A stretch of DNA of 64,000 nucleotides from Octopus sinensis (GCF_006345805.1 NC_043008.1:70184001-70248000), one strand, 5' to 3'; shown: positions 1-11,885, counted from the first letter of the stretch. Notes: generated from the sequence alone by a model not told the origin. Translations and numbers: made by a program.

Positions 1-10
1 ACATATATAC

Positions 11-138
11 GATGGGATTCTTTCAGTTTCCGTCTACCAAATCCACTCACAAGGCTTTGGTCAGCCCAAGGTGCCACGCGGTGGGACTGAACCCAGAACC
101 ATGCGGTTGGTAAGCAAGCTACTTACCTCACAGCCACT
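11..138 (-). mobile_element. SINE family A (tRNA/CORE-type, resembling octopus OR SINEs), 5' part with internal deletion
   Basis: Reverse complement matches the head of the full copy at 46792-47186; the segment between two GCCC-AG microhomologies is missing. Confidence 0.8.
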
Positions 139-663
139 GTTGTTGTTGTAGTTATTATTATTATTATTTATTTTTTTTGTCTTCTTATTTCAGGAGACTG
201 TAATTGTTATTCACCATTACAGCCTCTGGTTTGTGCTCATGCCACTTTTCTGTCCTTTTGAACCCACATATGTTAGCATTCTGATGCACACTTTTACCAA
301 CATAGTCCTGCTTGCCTGAGCATATATTCATTTAGTAATAGCTTACTGCATTCACGAAAAAGATGGTTAATACTTTCATCTCTTTTTCACAGATTCTGTA
401 TTTGCTCTCTGACTGAGTTTTATCAAGTTTTGTTGTTATTAAGTTTATTCTATTGGTTTGTTCCTGAGTGGTTAAAATTAGCAATTCAGTTTCTCATCAG
501 GTTTTCATTTGTGAGCCTCAACCAGTGTTCTCCACTTCTAACATAATCTGTTGTAATAATTGGCTCTGTGATTCTTATTCTTTCCAGCTGTTTCTGCCAT
601 TCTTCCTTCTGTTCTCGAATTCTCCTACTGTTTCATATTATTACTATTATTATTACCATAAGA

Positions 664-845
664 CAGTGTATTGGCCGAATCCTCATACTTCAGAAAAATG
701 CCTTGCAGTATTTCTACTGGTCCCTAATGTTTCTGAGTTTAAATCCCACCAAGGTTAACTTTGTCTTTCATACTTTTAGGGTTGACAGACTAAAGTACCA
801 ACCAAATACAGGGGTCACTTGTGGGACTGCCAGGGATTGGCTTGT
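664..845 (+). mobile_element. SINE family B, degenerate copy
   Basis: B-box-like GAGTTTAAATCC followed by the central domain TTTGTCTTTCATACTTTTAGGGTTGA...AAGTACCA. Confidence 0.65.
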
Positions 846-1066
846 ATATTTGTTGCTACTCTTGATGTCATTCCAATTGCCTTAATAGCAATGGGTAATG
901 TTGATTTGAAATGCCACATTCTTTTACATTTCAATATTCAGGTTGTTAGATTTGCTCAGTTTCTCAAAGACAAGTCTTTTCAGAATAATTTTTCACAATG
1001 ATATCTGATTAATTAGCCTGTATTTTCCTATATTATTATTATTATTATTGGTATTGTATTGGTATT

Positions 1067-1374
1067 GGCATCCTTTCTGTCTCGGGAGACAATGGAGTTG
1101 TGCATGAAGTAGTCTAGTCCGGCTTTTATATTTCATGTTCTGATACATTTCCTGCTGTGGCTGTGTAGTCCTATCCTGGACAAACACTCCCTCTGGCAGG
1201 TACCGCAAATGTAGCGAAGACTGTTCCTGGCTGGTTGTAGTGCCATAGTCTCTTGTTTACGTCTCTTCCTTTCTTTCCATTTCTCCTCTCTCTCTCTGTC
1301 ACTCCTTTGTATTCCCTCTTTTACTGTACATCGCCATTCTCCACGGTTGCCGGCAACTGCCTCCCAATCGCTAA

Positions 1375-1375
<1 letters not shown>
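1067..1375 (-). mobile_element. RTE-clade LINE 3' fragment (C-terminal zinc-finger-like region plus 3' UTR)
   Basis: Translation WEAVAGNRGEWRCTVKEG...YICGTCQRECLSRIGLHSHSRKC* fits the RTE C-terminal CxxCxRxCxSRIGLxSHxRxC motif. 3' end CCATTGTCTCCCGAGACAGAAAGGATGCC followed by (AATAC)n/(AAT)n; (AAT)n also lies at the 5' side. Confidence 0.85.
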
Positions 1376-1416
<41 letters not shown>

Positions 1417-1427
1417 CATTATTTATG

Positions 1428-1462
<35 letters not shown>

Positions 1463-1463
1463 T

Positions 1464-1878
1464 AAGATAGCAAGTTGGCTGGCCAAAATGCTCAGTGGCA
1501 TTTCAACCATCTTCACATTTTGAGTTCAAATTCCACCAAAGTTGACTGCCTTTCATCCCTTTGGGGTTGATAAAGTAAGTGCCAGTTGAACACTGAGGTT
1601 GATGTAATTTTACTTATCCCTCCTCTGAAATTGCTAGCCTTGCACCAAAATTTGAAATGATTGTTATTCAGGTGACAAGCTAGCTAAATTGCTAGTATGT
1701 TGGGCAAAATACTTAGTAGTATTTCATCTGTCTTGTTCTGAGTTCAAATTCTGCTGCAGTTAACTTTACCTGTCATCCTTTCAGGGTCGATAAAATAAAT
1801 GCCAGTTGAACACTGAGGTTGATGTAATTTTACTTATCCCTCCCCTGAAATTGCTAGCCTTGTGCTAAAATTTGAGGT
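1464..1878 (+). mobile_element. Two tandem SINE B copies (about 1464-1658 and 1670-1878)
   Basis: Each has GAGTTCAAATT, the CCT(T/G)TCATCC..GGG(T/C)GATAAA domain and an AAAATTTGA end; followed by (ATT)n. Confidence 0.8.
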
Positions 1879-1950
1879 CATTATTATTATTATTATTTTT
1901 ACTTTTATTATTATTACTATTATCATCTTTGTTATTGCATCTTGTTGTAG

Positions 1951-2241
1951 GCATCCAGGTTTCTGGTAAATCATACATCGAGAAAGGAGATCCCATCAAA
2001 CTTGTATGCAATACAACTGGCTCAGAATATCCTCCACTGGATCTCGACTGGTTCAAAGATGGCAACAAAATTAATGCCGATTCTGCGAAAAAGATCAAAA
2101 TCGATAAACGCCACTTTCCTCACGCAAACACACTGAGCAGTGTTCTGAATATAACTCACAGTAAAATGTCCGATGCTGGTGAATATGTATGTCGTAGTTC
2201 GAATCTGGAGATAACTAGCATCAAAGTGCATGTACTCAATG
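1951..2241 (+). CDS. Internal coding exon encoding one Ig-like domain, probably the second Ig domain of a Dpr/zig-8-like (IgSF) cell-surface protein
   Basis: Acceptor CTTGTTGTAG at 1941-1950 and donor G|GTAAGT at 2241/2242; 291 nt, phase 1 at both ends, as is typical of Ig exons. Translation IQVSGKSYIEKGDPIKLVCNTTGSEYPPLDLDWFKDG...SVLNITHSKMSDAGEYVCRSSNLEITSIKVHVLN has the Ig Cys, Trp and DxGxYxC motifs. The YxxKGxxIxLxC start and VHVLN end match my recollection of Dpr Ig2 domains. Confidence 0.9.
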
Positions 2242-2889
2242 GTAAGTCTTTCCTTATATTTTTAACTATTTTCTTCATCATTATTATTATTATTAAAAGA
2301 TTTTCAGAATGGCTTTAATTTATTTATATATTTATTTACTTATTTATTTATTTATTCATTGGTACTGACAAGACAGCAGGGTGGTGGTGGACATCATGAA
2401 ATGGAGGGTGCATTTTTTGCATATATTTTTTATTTGTTTTAAATTTTTCTTTTATGTATCTTTCTTTCTTTAGCCTTTAGCACACTGTAGGTGCGTCATG
2501 TCACCATATGAGTTTTCTCCCCTGTATTAACAGGGCAGGGGTAAACGGTGCTGGAGAGAATGCAGTGTGCTAAAGTTTAAGTATATATATGTTCTTTAAT
2601 TATGTTTAATTGATTTTTTTCCATGTATTTTTATTTTGAGTATATTTCATTTTATTTTGTTCAGCTTTGTGTTTTTTTAATCATTATTTGTAATTAATAT
2701 AATAGATATTTTCATTTCTTAGTTTGAAAATAAAAATGATGATGATTAGAAGTTGGTTGATGAGGATGAGGAAGAGCTTTTAATAATGTTATCTTTTCTT
2801 TCTTTTCACACCTTTTGCTTTATTTATTTGTTTTGCTTCATTACTTTTCTTTTTTTTTTCTTTGCTTTATATATATATTAATATTCAGG

Positions 2890-3169
2890 TGAAGATTATT
2901 ATTATTGTCATTAATAATGATTATGATGCCAGAAATCATCATTAATTTTATTATCATTATTATTATTATTATTGCTGTTGTTGCTTTTTTATCTTCATGT
3001 CATTGTTTTTAGTGTTATTCTTATTTTCCAATTTTATTTTTGTTCTTTATCATCATTGCTGATATTGATGTCGTTATTGTTGTTGCAGTTATCAATGTCA
3101 TCAATATTGCTTTCATCATTATAAATATTCTTGATGTTGCTGTTATTATTATTATTATTATCATTGTTG

Positions 3170-3210
<41 letters not shown>

Positions 3211-3215
3211 TTCAT
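2890..3215. repeat. Degenerate ATT/ATC/GTT trinucleotide repeat tract
   Basis: Directly visible; source of the poly-I/L/N ORFs at 3021-3439. Confidence 0.85.
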
Positions 3216-3374
3216 TTTTGTTATATATAATTTTTGTTGGTGCTGTGATTATCATGATTACCTTGAGAAAAGTATGTGTCTGTAATGAAAATCTCAGCCT
3301 TCATGCCTCAACAAGAAATTATCATTGTTGTTGTTGTTATCATTATTATTACTATTATTGTTGTTGTTGTTGTT

Positions 3375-3575
3375 GTGAACTGGCAGAATTGTTATCATGC
3401 TGGACAAAAAGCAGCATTTTGTCCTTCTTCACATTCTGAATTCAAATTCCACTGTGATTGATTTTTACCTTTTATCCTATGAGGGTTCATAAATTAAGTA
3501 TCATTTGAGTACTAGGGTATTCAGTTTGCTGTCTTCCCATCAAAAACTGCTGGCCTTGTACCAAAATTTGAAAGC

Positions 3576-3607
<32 letters not shown>

Positions 3608-3810
3608 TATTATTATTATTATTATTTTTTTTTTTTAAGGTGGTGAGCTGGTAGAATCATTAGCATGCTGGGTGGTATTTCATCCATCTTTACATTCTCA
3701 GATCAAATTCTGTTGTGGTTGATTTTACCTGTCATCCTTTGATAAATTAAGTACCAGCTGAACACTGGGGTCAATATAATCAACTGGTGCCTACTTCCTC
3801 AAAATGTCTT
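3375..3810 (+). mobile_element. Two SINE B copies (about 3375-3575 and 3638-3810) separated by an (AAT)n(ATT)n tract
   Basis: Heads GTGAACTGGCAGAAT and AAGGTGGTGAGCTGGTAGAATC, B-box-like motifs and central domain present. Confidence 0.8.
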
Positions 3811-5227
3811 GGCACCTCTACTGATATTTAGTCATCTTTGTGTGCATACTGCTTCTGATGAACTATTATTATTAATCCTATATTGTTTGAAGCAGTCACA
3901 TTTTGGAATTGCCATAAAGTGATGTTTGATTCTGTTTCGCAACTCTATGTGATCAAATTTCTTTAAGGTTAACTTTGAATTTGGAAGCCTAAAATATAAG
4001 AACCAAACATATACTGATGTTGTTTTAACTGACTCTACTTTCTGTTTGTGCCACAAAAATGTTCTGACAATCAGTAAAAAGAGGGGTTGAGTAGATTGAA
4101 ATAGCATTTAGTGTTCCATGTTCTAATACTGCCAGGGATAACATTACATCTCTTTCTCTTCCTAACAGTCAATAATGATCAGTAGTAAGGAAAGCTATTG
4201 CTGGGGTAATTGGTTTAAGCTAACCCTAAAATCTTATGTGAAATTCTGGTCAGTTTAATGGGGCCAAATCCTTTCTTCTTCAAACTATGCTACTTCCAAG
4301 AGGAATTGAACTCACTTCTGCTAGTCAATGAAGTATCTGTTTATTTTAGAACAATGTCATTTCTGACAATGGTGAGTGCTTCTACCCTGTGTTATCTACT
4401 TTTGGCCCTCCAGACTGAACAAATTGTAAGTTAGGTACTATACTGCTGTCAGGATATGAAAACACTGACCTGGCAATCAGTTGGGATTATAGAACTCCAT
4501 AGAACATAATGTGTTTCTTTTCTTGCATGTTTAAATTTTAAACTAATGTCTTAATAGCTGTGAAGTTGTTAATATGAAAATTTACTAACCATGTATTGTC
4601 ATAAATCCAAATCTTAATGCTGTAGTTATTCTGTGTCTCTAGACAAGATAGATCACGCTGCATGCACCTGGTTGCCTGACTGACAAAGTCCTTATGCAGA
4701 AAAAAAAAGAAAGAAATGGTATCCAGCTGTATATTCTTGAAATATATAGGAACTGTTTCTTTTTAATAATTATATCATATTATTTATCGCTCTATATTTT
4801 CAAGAATTCTCTTGTTGCTCTGAAGTCTTAGATAGTCACTTTTGCTTCTCTTATCAAAGAAAATTACCTTTTTCTCCTATCGATAGGAATTTTCTTCCTG
4901 TTGTTAATCAGAAAAACTTGCCTGAATTTATTAAATCATTGTAGTTCTTTTCCTATTTAATTTCCATAACTCTCCTGTCAACTTTTAGACATAGGATCTT
5001 GCCAGTTTCTTTATAATCACAGGAATTCTAGTGATTTTTTTTCTCTCATGTCATGCACTTTTTCTGTTTTTCTCTATTCCTCTATTTTCATGAACTTTAA
5101 CTCTAGGAATATTTATATTCTTTCACTTGTATCAATATTACAATAAAGTAGTTAGAGTCCAGCAAACAAAATGTTCACTGTGATTTTGTAAGTCATAACA
5201 ATAATAATAATAATGATGATGATAATA

Positions 5228-5416
5228 GTTTCAAACTTTGGCACAGGGGAGTACTTGACTGATAATTATTTTATCGACACTAGAAGGATGAAAGGCAAGG
5301 TTGAACTTGGCTAAATTTGAGGTCAGAATGCAAAACTGGATGGTGCTTAGCATTTTGTCCAGCATGCTAATTGTTCTGCCAGTTTACTGCCTATGATAAT
5401 GGTAATAGTAGTAGTA

Positions 5417-5458
<42 letters not shown>

Positions 5459-7023
5459 GTATTAATAATAGTAATAATGATCCTTTCTTCTGGAGGCACA
5501 AGGCATTATATTTGTGGGGAGGGGACTAGTTGATTATATCAACCCCAGTGTTTCACTGGTACTTGATTTATCGACCCCTAAAAGATGAAAGGCAAAGTTG
5601 ACCTTGGCAGAATTTGAACTCAGAACATAGCAGCAGATGAAATACTGCTAAGCATTTCATCCGGCATGCTAACAATTCTGCCAGTTCACCACCTTAAGGA
5701 TAATAATAATAATAACAATCATCATCAATAGTCAATTTCATCAATCCAAGTACTTGGCTGGTGCTTTATTTTGTTAAAGAATGAAAGTGACAGTTGACAG
5801 CAGCAGAATTTGAACCTATGACATAAAGAGCAGGAAGAAATGTACTAAATAGTCTAGCAGCTGCCTCAAGATTTGGAACAAAGCCTGCAATTTCAAGAGG
5901 GGCTGAGGATTCAGTCATTGACATTGACTCCCAGCACTTGACTGTTACATATTTTATTGACCCTGAAAGGATGAAAGGCAAAGGTGACCTCTATGGAATT
6001 TGAACTCTGAATGTAAAGCCAGAAGAAATGTTGCTAAGCATTTTTGTCCAGCATGCTAACAATTCTGCCAGCTCACTTCCTTAATAATAAGTAATAATAA
6101 AAATCCTTTCCACTATAGGCACAAGGCCTGAAATTTTGGGGTGAGGGCCAGTCGATTAGATCAACCCGAATGGATGGAAGGACCTTGGCAGAATTTGAAC
6201 TCAGAATGTAGACAGACAAAATGCCACAAAGCATTTTGCCTGGCATGCTAACAACTCTGCCAGCTTGCAACCTTAATAAATAATAATAATAATAATAATA
6301 ATGATAATAATTCTTTCTAAAAATTGGCACCAGGCCAGCAGGTTTTGAGATGAGGGGAAGTCAATTTCATCAACTCCAGTGCTCAAATAGTATTCATTTT
6401 AATTGACCCTGGAAGGATAAAAGGCAAAGTTGAACTTGGTAATATTCGAACTTAGAAAGCCAGAAGAAAAGCTGCAAAGCATTTTGCCCAGCATGGTAAT
6501 AATACTGTCAGCTCGTTGCTTTAATAATAATAATATAATAATAATAATAATAATAATAATAGTAATAATAATATTGATAAGGATTTCACATTTGGGCACA
6601 AGGCCAGCAATTTTGGGGGTGGGGTAAGTCAATTACATCAACCCAGTATTTTATTGGTACTTATTTTATTGATCCTGAAAAGATGAAAAGCAAAGTGGAC
6701 CTCAGTGAAATTTGAACTCAGAACATACTGATGGATGAAATGCCACTAAGCACTTTGCCTGGTGTGTAACGATTCTGCCTGCTCACTGCTTTTTTTATAA
6801 TAGTAATCCTTTCTACTGAAGGCAGAAGGCCTGAAATTTTGGGGAAGTGGAGTAGTCAATTAGATTGACCCCAGTGTTTCACTGGTACTTAAATTTATCC
6901 GCACCGAAAGAATGAAAGGCAAAGTTGACTTTGGCAAAATTTGAACTCCTAATGTACAGACGGACAAAATGCCATGAAGCATTTTGCCCAGCATGCTAAT
7001 GATTCTGCCAGCTTGCTGCTTTA
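5228..7023 (-). mobile_element. Head-to-tail array of about 8 SINE B copies, mostly separated by (TAA)n
   Basis: Copies at about 5228-5393, 5480-5696, 5731-5855, 5865-6083, 6102-6275, 6310-6523, 6581-6792 and 6805-7023. All are minus strand and carry GGATGAAAGGCAAAG and AATTTGAACTC variants. Confidence 0.9.
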
Positions 7024-8222
7024 ATAATAATAGTAATGATAATGATAATAATAATCATAATACTAAAAGACTAAGTAAGCTCAGATTATGTAAATAGAAA
7101 CATTTGATGGGGGTTATGAAAGGGTAGCCAGAGAAACAGAAAAATGTAGGATCATTAGTGAAGTATTATTTCTGAGGTAACTGTAAACCTCACGTGTTTT
7201 ATTTAGATGAACCCAGCCGATTTGTTATTTGCAATGACAACTCTTATTGTGCTCCCCCCTCACCACCACCTAATTAAGCATCTCAATGTATATTGTTATC
7301 TGAAATTGGAGAAAAACATGGAATGATTTGTTTACTCCAAATATATGTTAGATTTTCAAATCACCTGAGACAACATGTATATATTTTACTTGGGTGAGTA
7401 TTAAGCTAATAACCATCAACATGTAAGGTAATAATTTTGTCTCAAATCACTGTCACCAAAAATCTGTGCTTTACATGTAATGTGAAGCAAGATGTTTTAA
7501 TGCAGGAACAACAGAAATTTATTTTTGAAACCCACTGGGATTACAAGTCATTGACATCCGTAGTTGGTAAAAATGGTTACTTTGTTATAAAATAAAGGTG
7601 GTCTGATTTATAAGTGGGAATGCTGGAGAATGATAGATTGTGAAAAGTATATACATTAGCGAACCATATATGTTGGAAGCTAAATTATGTCATTTATACA
7701 AACTACCATCAGTTGATGTGTTTCAGTAGTGAGATAATCATTAGTCATTATATTCTGTCACAAAACCCTAACAACCTGTCTCTTCCCCTCATCCCCACCC
7801 CACCACTACCACTACAGCCAGTAAATTAGTGATTGCCCTTTTGGAAATAATTTTCAGGAGAAGTACATATTCAATAAAGCTATTGTTTACAAATGCATTA
7901 ATAAAAAACATTGTTCCACCCTTGGTCAGGTCTTATGCACAAGACCTATCATCAAAAGCCTTTGAACTGTATTCTGTCTATGTAATTCAGAACTACATAG
8001 CTACTGGGTCTTTATTTTTCTTAGACATTTTAGGATGTAATTTGAGAGAGATTTAGCTGTTATTTATAGCAGCTCAATAAACTCATATTTTTGCCATATG
8101 AAGCTTGAGTTATATTTTAATCAAATCCAAGGAAGAATTTAAAAGTAGTATTGCTAAAAATGGAGAGAAGTAAATCCAAGGACTGTCTTCAATGATGTGA
8201 CAGAGTTAAAAATGATTATAAA

Positions 8223-8768
8223 GGTTTCTAATTTAGGCACAAAGCCTGCAATTTTGAAGATATGGGGTTAAATGACTACATTGACTTGGCTGGTATTATA
8301 TTTTATCAATCTTGAATGAATAAAAGTTAAACTTGGTTGGATTGAAACTTACAGTGTAAAGAATCAGAAGAAATACTGTAAAGCATTTATTTTAATGCTT
8401 TGCCAATTCTTAGGTTTCTGATTTTGACTCAAGGTCAATAATGTTGAGAGGTAGTTGTGGTTAATTGATGCCACCAACCCTACTATTTGACTGGTACTTT
8501 ATGTTGACTCCTGCTTTTCATTCTTCTGGGTTTACTCTCTTACTCTTTTACTTGTTTCAGTCATTTGACTGCGGCCATTTGACTCGGAGAGTGCAGAGTA
8601 GTTGATTACATTGACTTCACTGCTCAACTGATACTTATTTTATTAACTATGAAAGAACAAAATACAAAGTCACCCTTGGCGAAATTTGAACTCAGAAGAT
8701 AATGCCAAAAGAAATACTGCTAAGTATTGTATCTGGCACAGCAATGATTCTGTTGGCTTGCCACCTCA
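8223..8768 (-). mobile_element. Cluster of degenerate SINE B copies with an embedded SINE A 3'-tail fragment (about 8530-8580)
   Basis: GGCACAAAGCC, AAAGTCACCCTTGGCGAAATTTGAACTCAG and ATTCTGTTGGCTTGCCACC segments; TTTTACTTGTTTCAGTCATTTGACTGCGGCCAT is the family A tail. Confidence 0.7.
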
Positions 8769-8776
8769 GTAATAAC

Positions 8777-8809
<33 letters not shown>

Positions 8810-8893
8810 TGGCGAGAAACGGAAGAAAATTTGAAGAAAGAAGGAAAAATAATAATGATAATAATAATAATAATGATAATTATAATAATAATG

Positions 8894-8922
<29 letters not shown>

Positions 8923-8924
<2 letters not shown>

Positions 8925-9375
8925 TATGACTGTCCCAATCGATATAAACGTATCTGTCAAGACCTACCAAAAACTGAGCAAATATAAAGATCTTGAAATA
9001 GATATCAGCAAAATGTGGAACCTGAAGACTAAAACAATACCTGTTGTCATAGGTGCCCTGGGAATGATAATGAAAGGGGCTGATTGCTACCTAACTCAGA
9101 TACCAGGAAACCCAAAAATGACAGAAATTCAAAAGATAGTGCTCATTGGAACTGCTCATATCCTATGCAAAATACTCTCTATGTAATCTCAAGGTTTAAA
9201 ACAAACTTTTAAAAAAATTTATTTATTAGACATTCACTAGTACAACACCAAAATAAAACCCAAATATATGGCACACTAGGCATAACAACAATGTGAACTT
9301 CCAAGCTGTTGTCTCTTGAGGTCTCTGGGTGAGACTTGGAGCCAACTTGTACAAACATAAAGCAAAAGTCAAACA

Positions 9376-9377
<2 letters not shown>
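8923..9377 (+). mobile_element. 5'-truncated R4/Dong-clade non-LTR retrotransposon (restriction-like endonuclease C-terminus plus 3' UTR) within (TAA)n
   Basis: DMTVPIDINVSVKTYQKLSKYKDLEIDISKMWNLKTKTIPVVIGALG...EIQKIVLIGTAHILCKILSM* (stop 9184-9186) fits the D-x-x-P...K-x-x-KY-x-x-L RLE signature. (TAA)n flanks both sides (8770-8922 and 9378-9406). Confidence 0.88.
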
Positions 9378-9408
<31 letters not shown>

Positions 9409-9476
9409 TAATAAAGAAACAATAACAAGAGTGCAACTGTTATCAAATGAACAATATTAATAATAATAATAATAAT

Positions 9477-9970
9477 GGTTTCAAATTTTGGCACAAGGCC
9501 AGCTAGTTTGGGGAAGGAGATTAGTCAATTATATTGACCCTGGTGCTCAACAGGAGCTTATTTTATTGCCCCTAAAAGTATAAAAGGCAAAGTCAACCTC
9601 AGTAGAATTCAGACTGAGAATGTAAACACGCATGAAATACCAGTAAGAATTTTGCCCAATGTGCTCATAATTCTGCTAGCTCACTGTCTTAATGATAATT
9701 GTAATAATTGTAATGATATAAGCCAGGCATCACCTGCAAAGAAGTCTGGTTTGGTAATGTCTATCATGCATTTTGCTAATTGTTTTCGGTGCTTATGTAG
9801 TTGCGAGCAGCTATAGACACCTTTCCAGCAATTTTGAGGGTTAAAAAAGCTGGTTGAAGTCATTGATCCCAATGCTTAACTGATACTTTATTTTACTGAC
9901 CATCTGGGATTTGAACCTGAAACATATAACATATATTTTGTCCAACATTCCTGCAATTCTTCTAAGCCTC

Positions 9971-10005
<35 letters not shown>

Positions 10006-10164
10006 TAATAACAATAATATCCACACCAGACAAATCTTTAGCAGCATTTGCCTTTCATCCTTTCAGAGTTAATAAAATAAGCACCAGATAAGACTGGTGT
10101 CAATGTAATCGACCAGCTCCCTTCTCCAAACTTGCTGCTCTTGTGCTAAAGTTTAAAATAATTA

Positions 10165-10210
<46 letters not shown>

Positions 10211-10420
10211 GGTGGCAACTGGCATTAACACACCAGTTCTGTGAGCTTAGTGGCATTTTGTCTGTCTCTACTTCCTGAGTTCAAATTCCACCAAGGTTGA
10301 CTTTGCCTTTCATCCTTTTGGGTTGATAAAACAAGTACCAACTGAGCACAGGGGTCAATAAAATATGTACCTGTTGAGTGCTAGAGTCCTGAAATTGTTA
10401 CCCTTGTGCTAAAATTTAAA
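9477..10420. mobile_element. SINE B cluster: about 9477-9692 (-), 9815-9970 (-), 10045-10160 (+, partial), 10208-10420 (+)
   Basis: Family B head, central domain and tail motifs, with TAA/ATT spacers. Confidence 0.75.
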
Positions 10421-10845
10421 ACTATTATTATTGTTATTATTATTCATGAAGTCAAATGTTGCTAAGATTAGCTGAGATTTCTAAAATATTGAAAGCACTA
10501 CATAAGTTAGATGTGTGCATTCATGTAAAAGAACAAATAAATAGGAAGACAAAAACTCATTCCAAAATTCTTGAGGTTTAATAAAGCTTATCAAGAAAGA
10601 GCAAAGAACTGTGTGAGATACTTGAAATACAAGAAAATATTTTTATAAAAATATAGCAATTAAATCAGTAAGCATAGTGGAAAAAAAAGTTAAGACATTA
10701 TTTCTAAGGTGTCTATTGTGCGTTTGGTAAGTTATTAATAAACTTTTTCATATGTGAGAAAAAGTTGTCCAATGAGGGAAATGGGGAAAAATTGTTCGTG
10801 GTTTTGTGTTGAAGGAAATGTCCTGAGCTTGAAATATGTAGTTAA

Positions 10846-11117
10846 TCATCATCACCATTTAATGTCCATTTTCCATGCTGATATTGGTTAGACTGTTTGA
10901 CTGGAGCTGGTAAGCCAAAGAGCTACATGAAGCTCCAGTTATCTGTTTTGGCTTGGTTTTGTATGACTGGATGCCTTCCTAATGCCAACCATTTTACAGT
11001 GTGTACTGGGTGTCTTTTACAGGTCACTAGCACTGGCCACAATAATGATTTCACTTAGATTGGTGTGTCTTCTCAAGCACCACAGCAAATTGACAGAATT
11101 CTCAGTCACTTGTCAAG
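10846..11117 (-). mobile_element. Family C (GAT)n-tailed non-autonomous retroposon
   Basis: Reverse complement ends ...CCAATATCAGCATGGAAAATGGACATTAAATGGTGATGATG and contains TTAGGAAGGCATCCAG; same family as 11966-12153. Confidence 0.7.
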
Positions 11118-11487
11118 TATTTAGTATTTGTGTGAGTGCATGTATTTGAGATAGGGGCTAGGACCTCCACTTGATAATAGCTGCTATAAATGTTGGTTGG
11201 TTGAAATTCTCTAGTCATGTTTTGCATCATACAGAAAGGTGATGGAGATGGAGAGTAAATGAGGGCACTGCACTGAAAGTCACTCACCTGATGACATGCA
11301 GATACACAACTACTGCTGGATTATATTTATGTGAAAGTTTTATTATTTGTATAATATGGAAAACTCAGCAACTAACAGCTGTTACTAATGCACAGAAACA
11401 AGTGTTGCATTTCTGATTAAAGCCTGTTCATTCTGTCTTTGTTGATATATATATATATGCCTATATATATATATGCATATATATATA

Positions 11488-11804
11488 TATATATACCAAT
11501 TAAGGACTGAACACGAAAAGGTGGACAGTCAACATGCTAGATATAGACGTCAAATCGCCATTCTCCACAAAGATTTGTTCTCAAATAAAAATAAAATTCA
11601 GCACGACCTAAAGCAATGGATGAGACAAAAGAAAAATACTAAATTCCATTTAGTATTTTTCTTTTGTCTCATCCATTGCTTTAGGTCGTGCTGAATTTTA
11701 TTTTTATTTGAGAACAAAATCTTGTGGAGAATGGCGATTTGACGTCTATATCTAGCATGTTGACTGTCCACCTTTTCGTGTTCAGTCCTTAATTGGTATA
11801 TATA
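11488..11804. repeat. Near-perfect 317-bp palindrome (157-bp arms, 3-nt loop TCC at 11645-11647)
   Basis: Positions x and 23292-x are complementary throughout except a homopolymer shift (AAAGATTT versus AAGATTTT) at 11571-11573/11719-11721. Embedded in (TA)n. Confidence 0.95.
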
Positions 11805-11879
11805 AATATTTTAATCTTCGGATTCTTTTAATGTGCTAGACCACTGGTTTTAATTGACTAATATCAATTTCTACCCTTA

Positions 11880-11885
<6 letters not shown>

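Noticed and set aside
1872-2318. 148-aa ORF with an apparent poly-Leu signal peptide and hydrophobic tail
   Set aside because: The flanks are intronic (ATT)n repeats; only 1951-2241 is bounded by splice sites.
11280-11325. Minus-strand CAG|GTGAGT donor suggesting an antisense micro-exon
   Set aside because: No convincing acceptor or coding frame.
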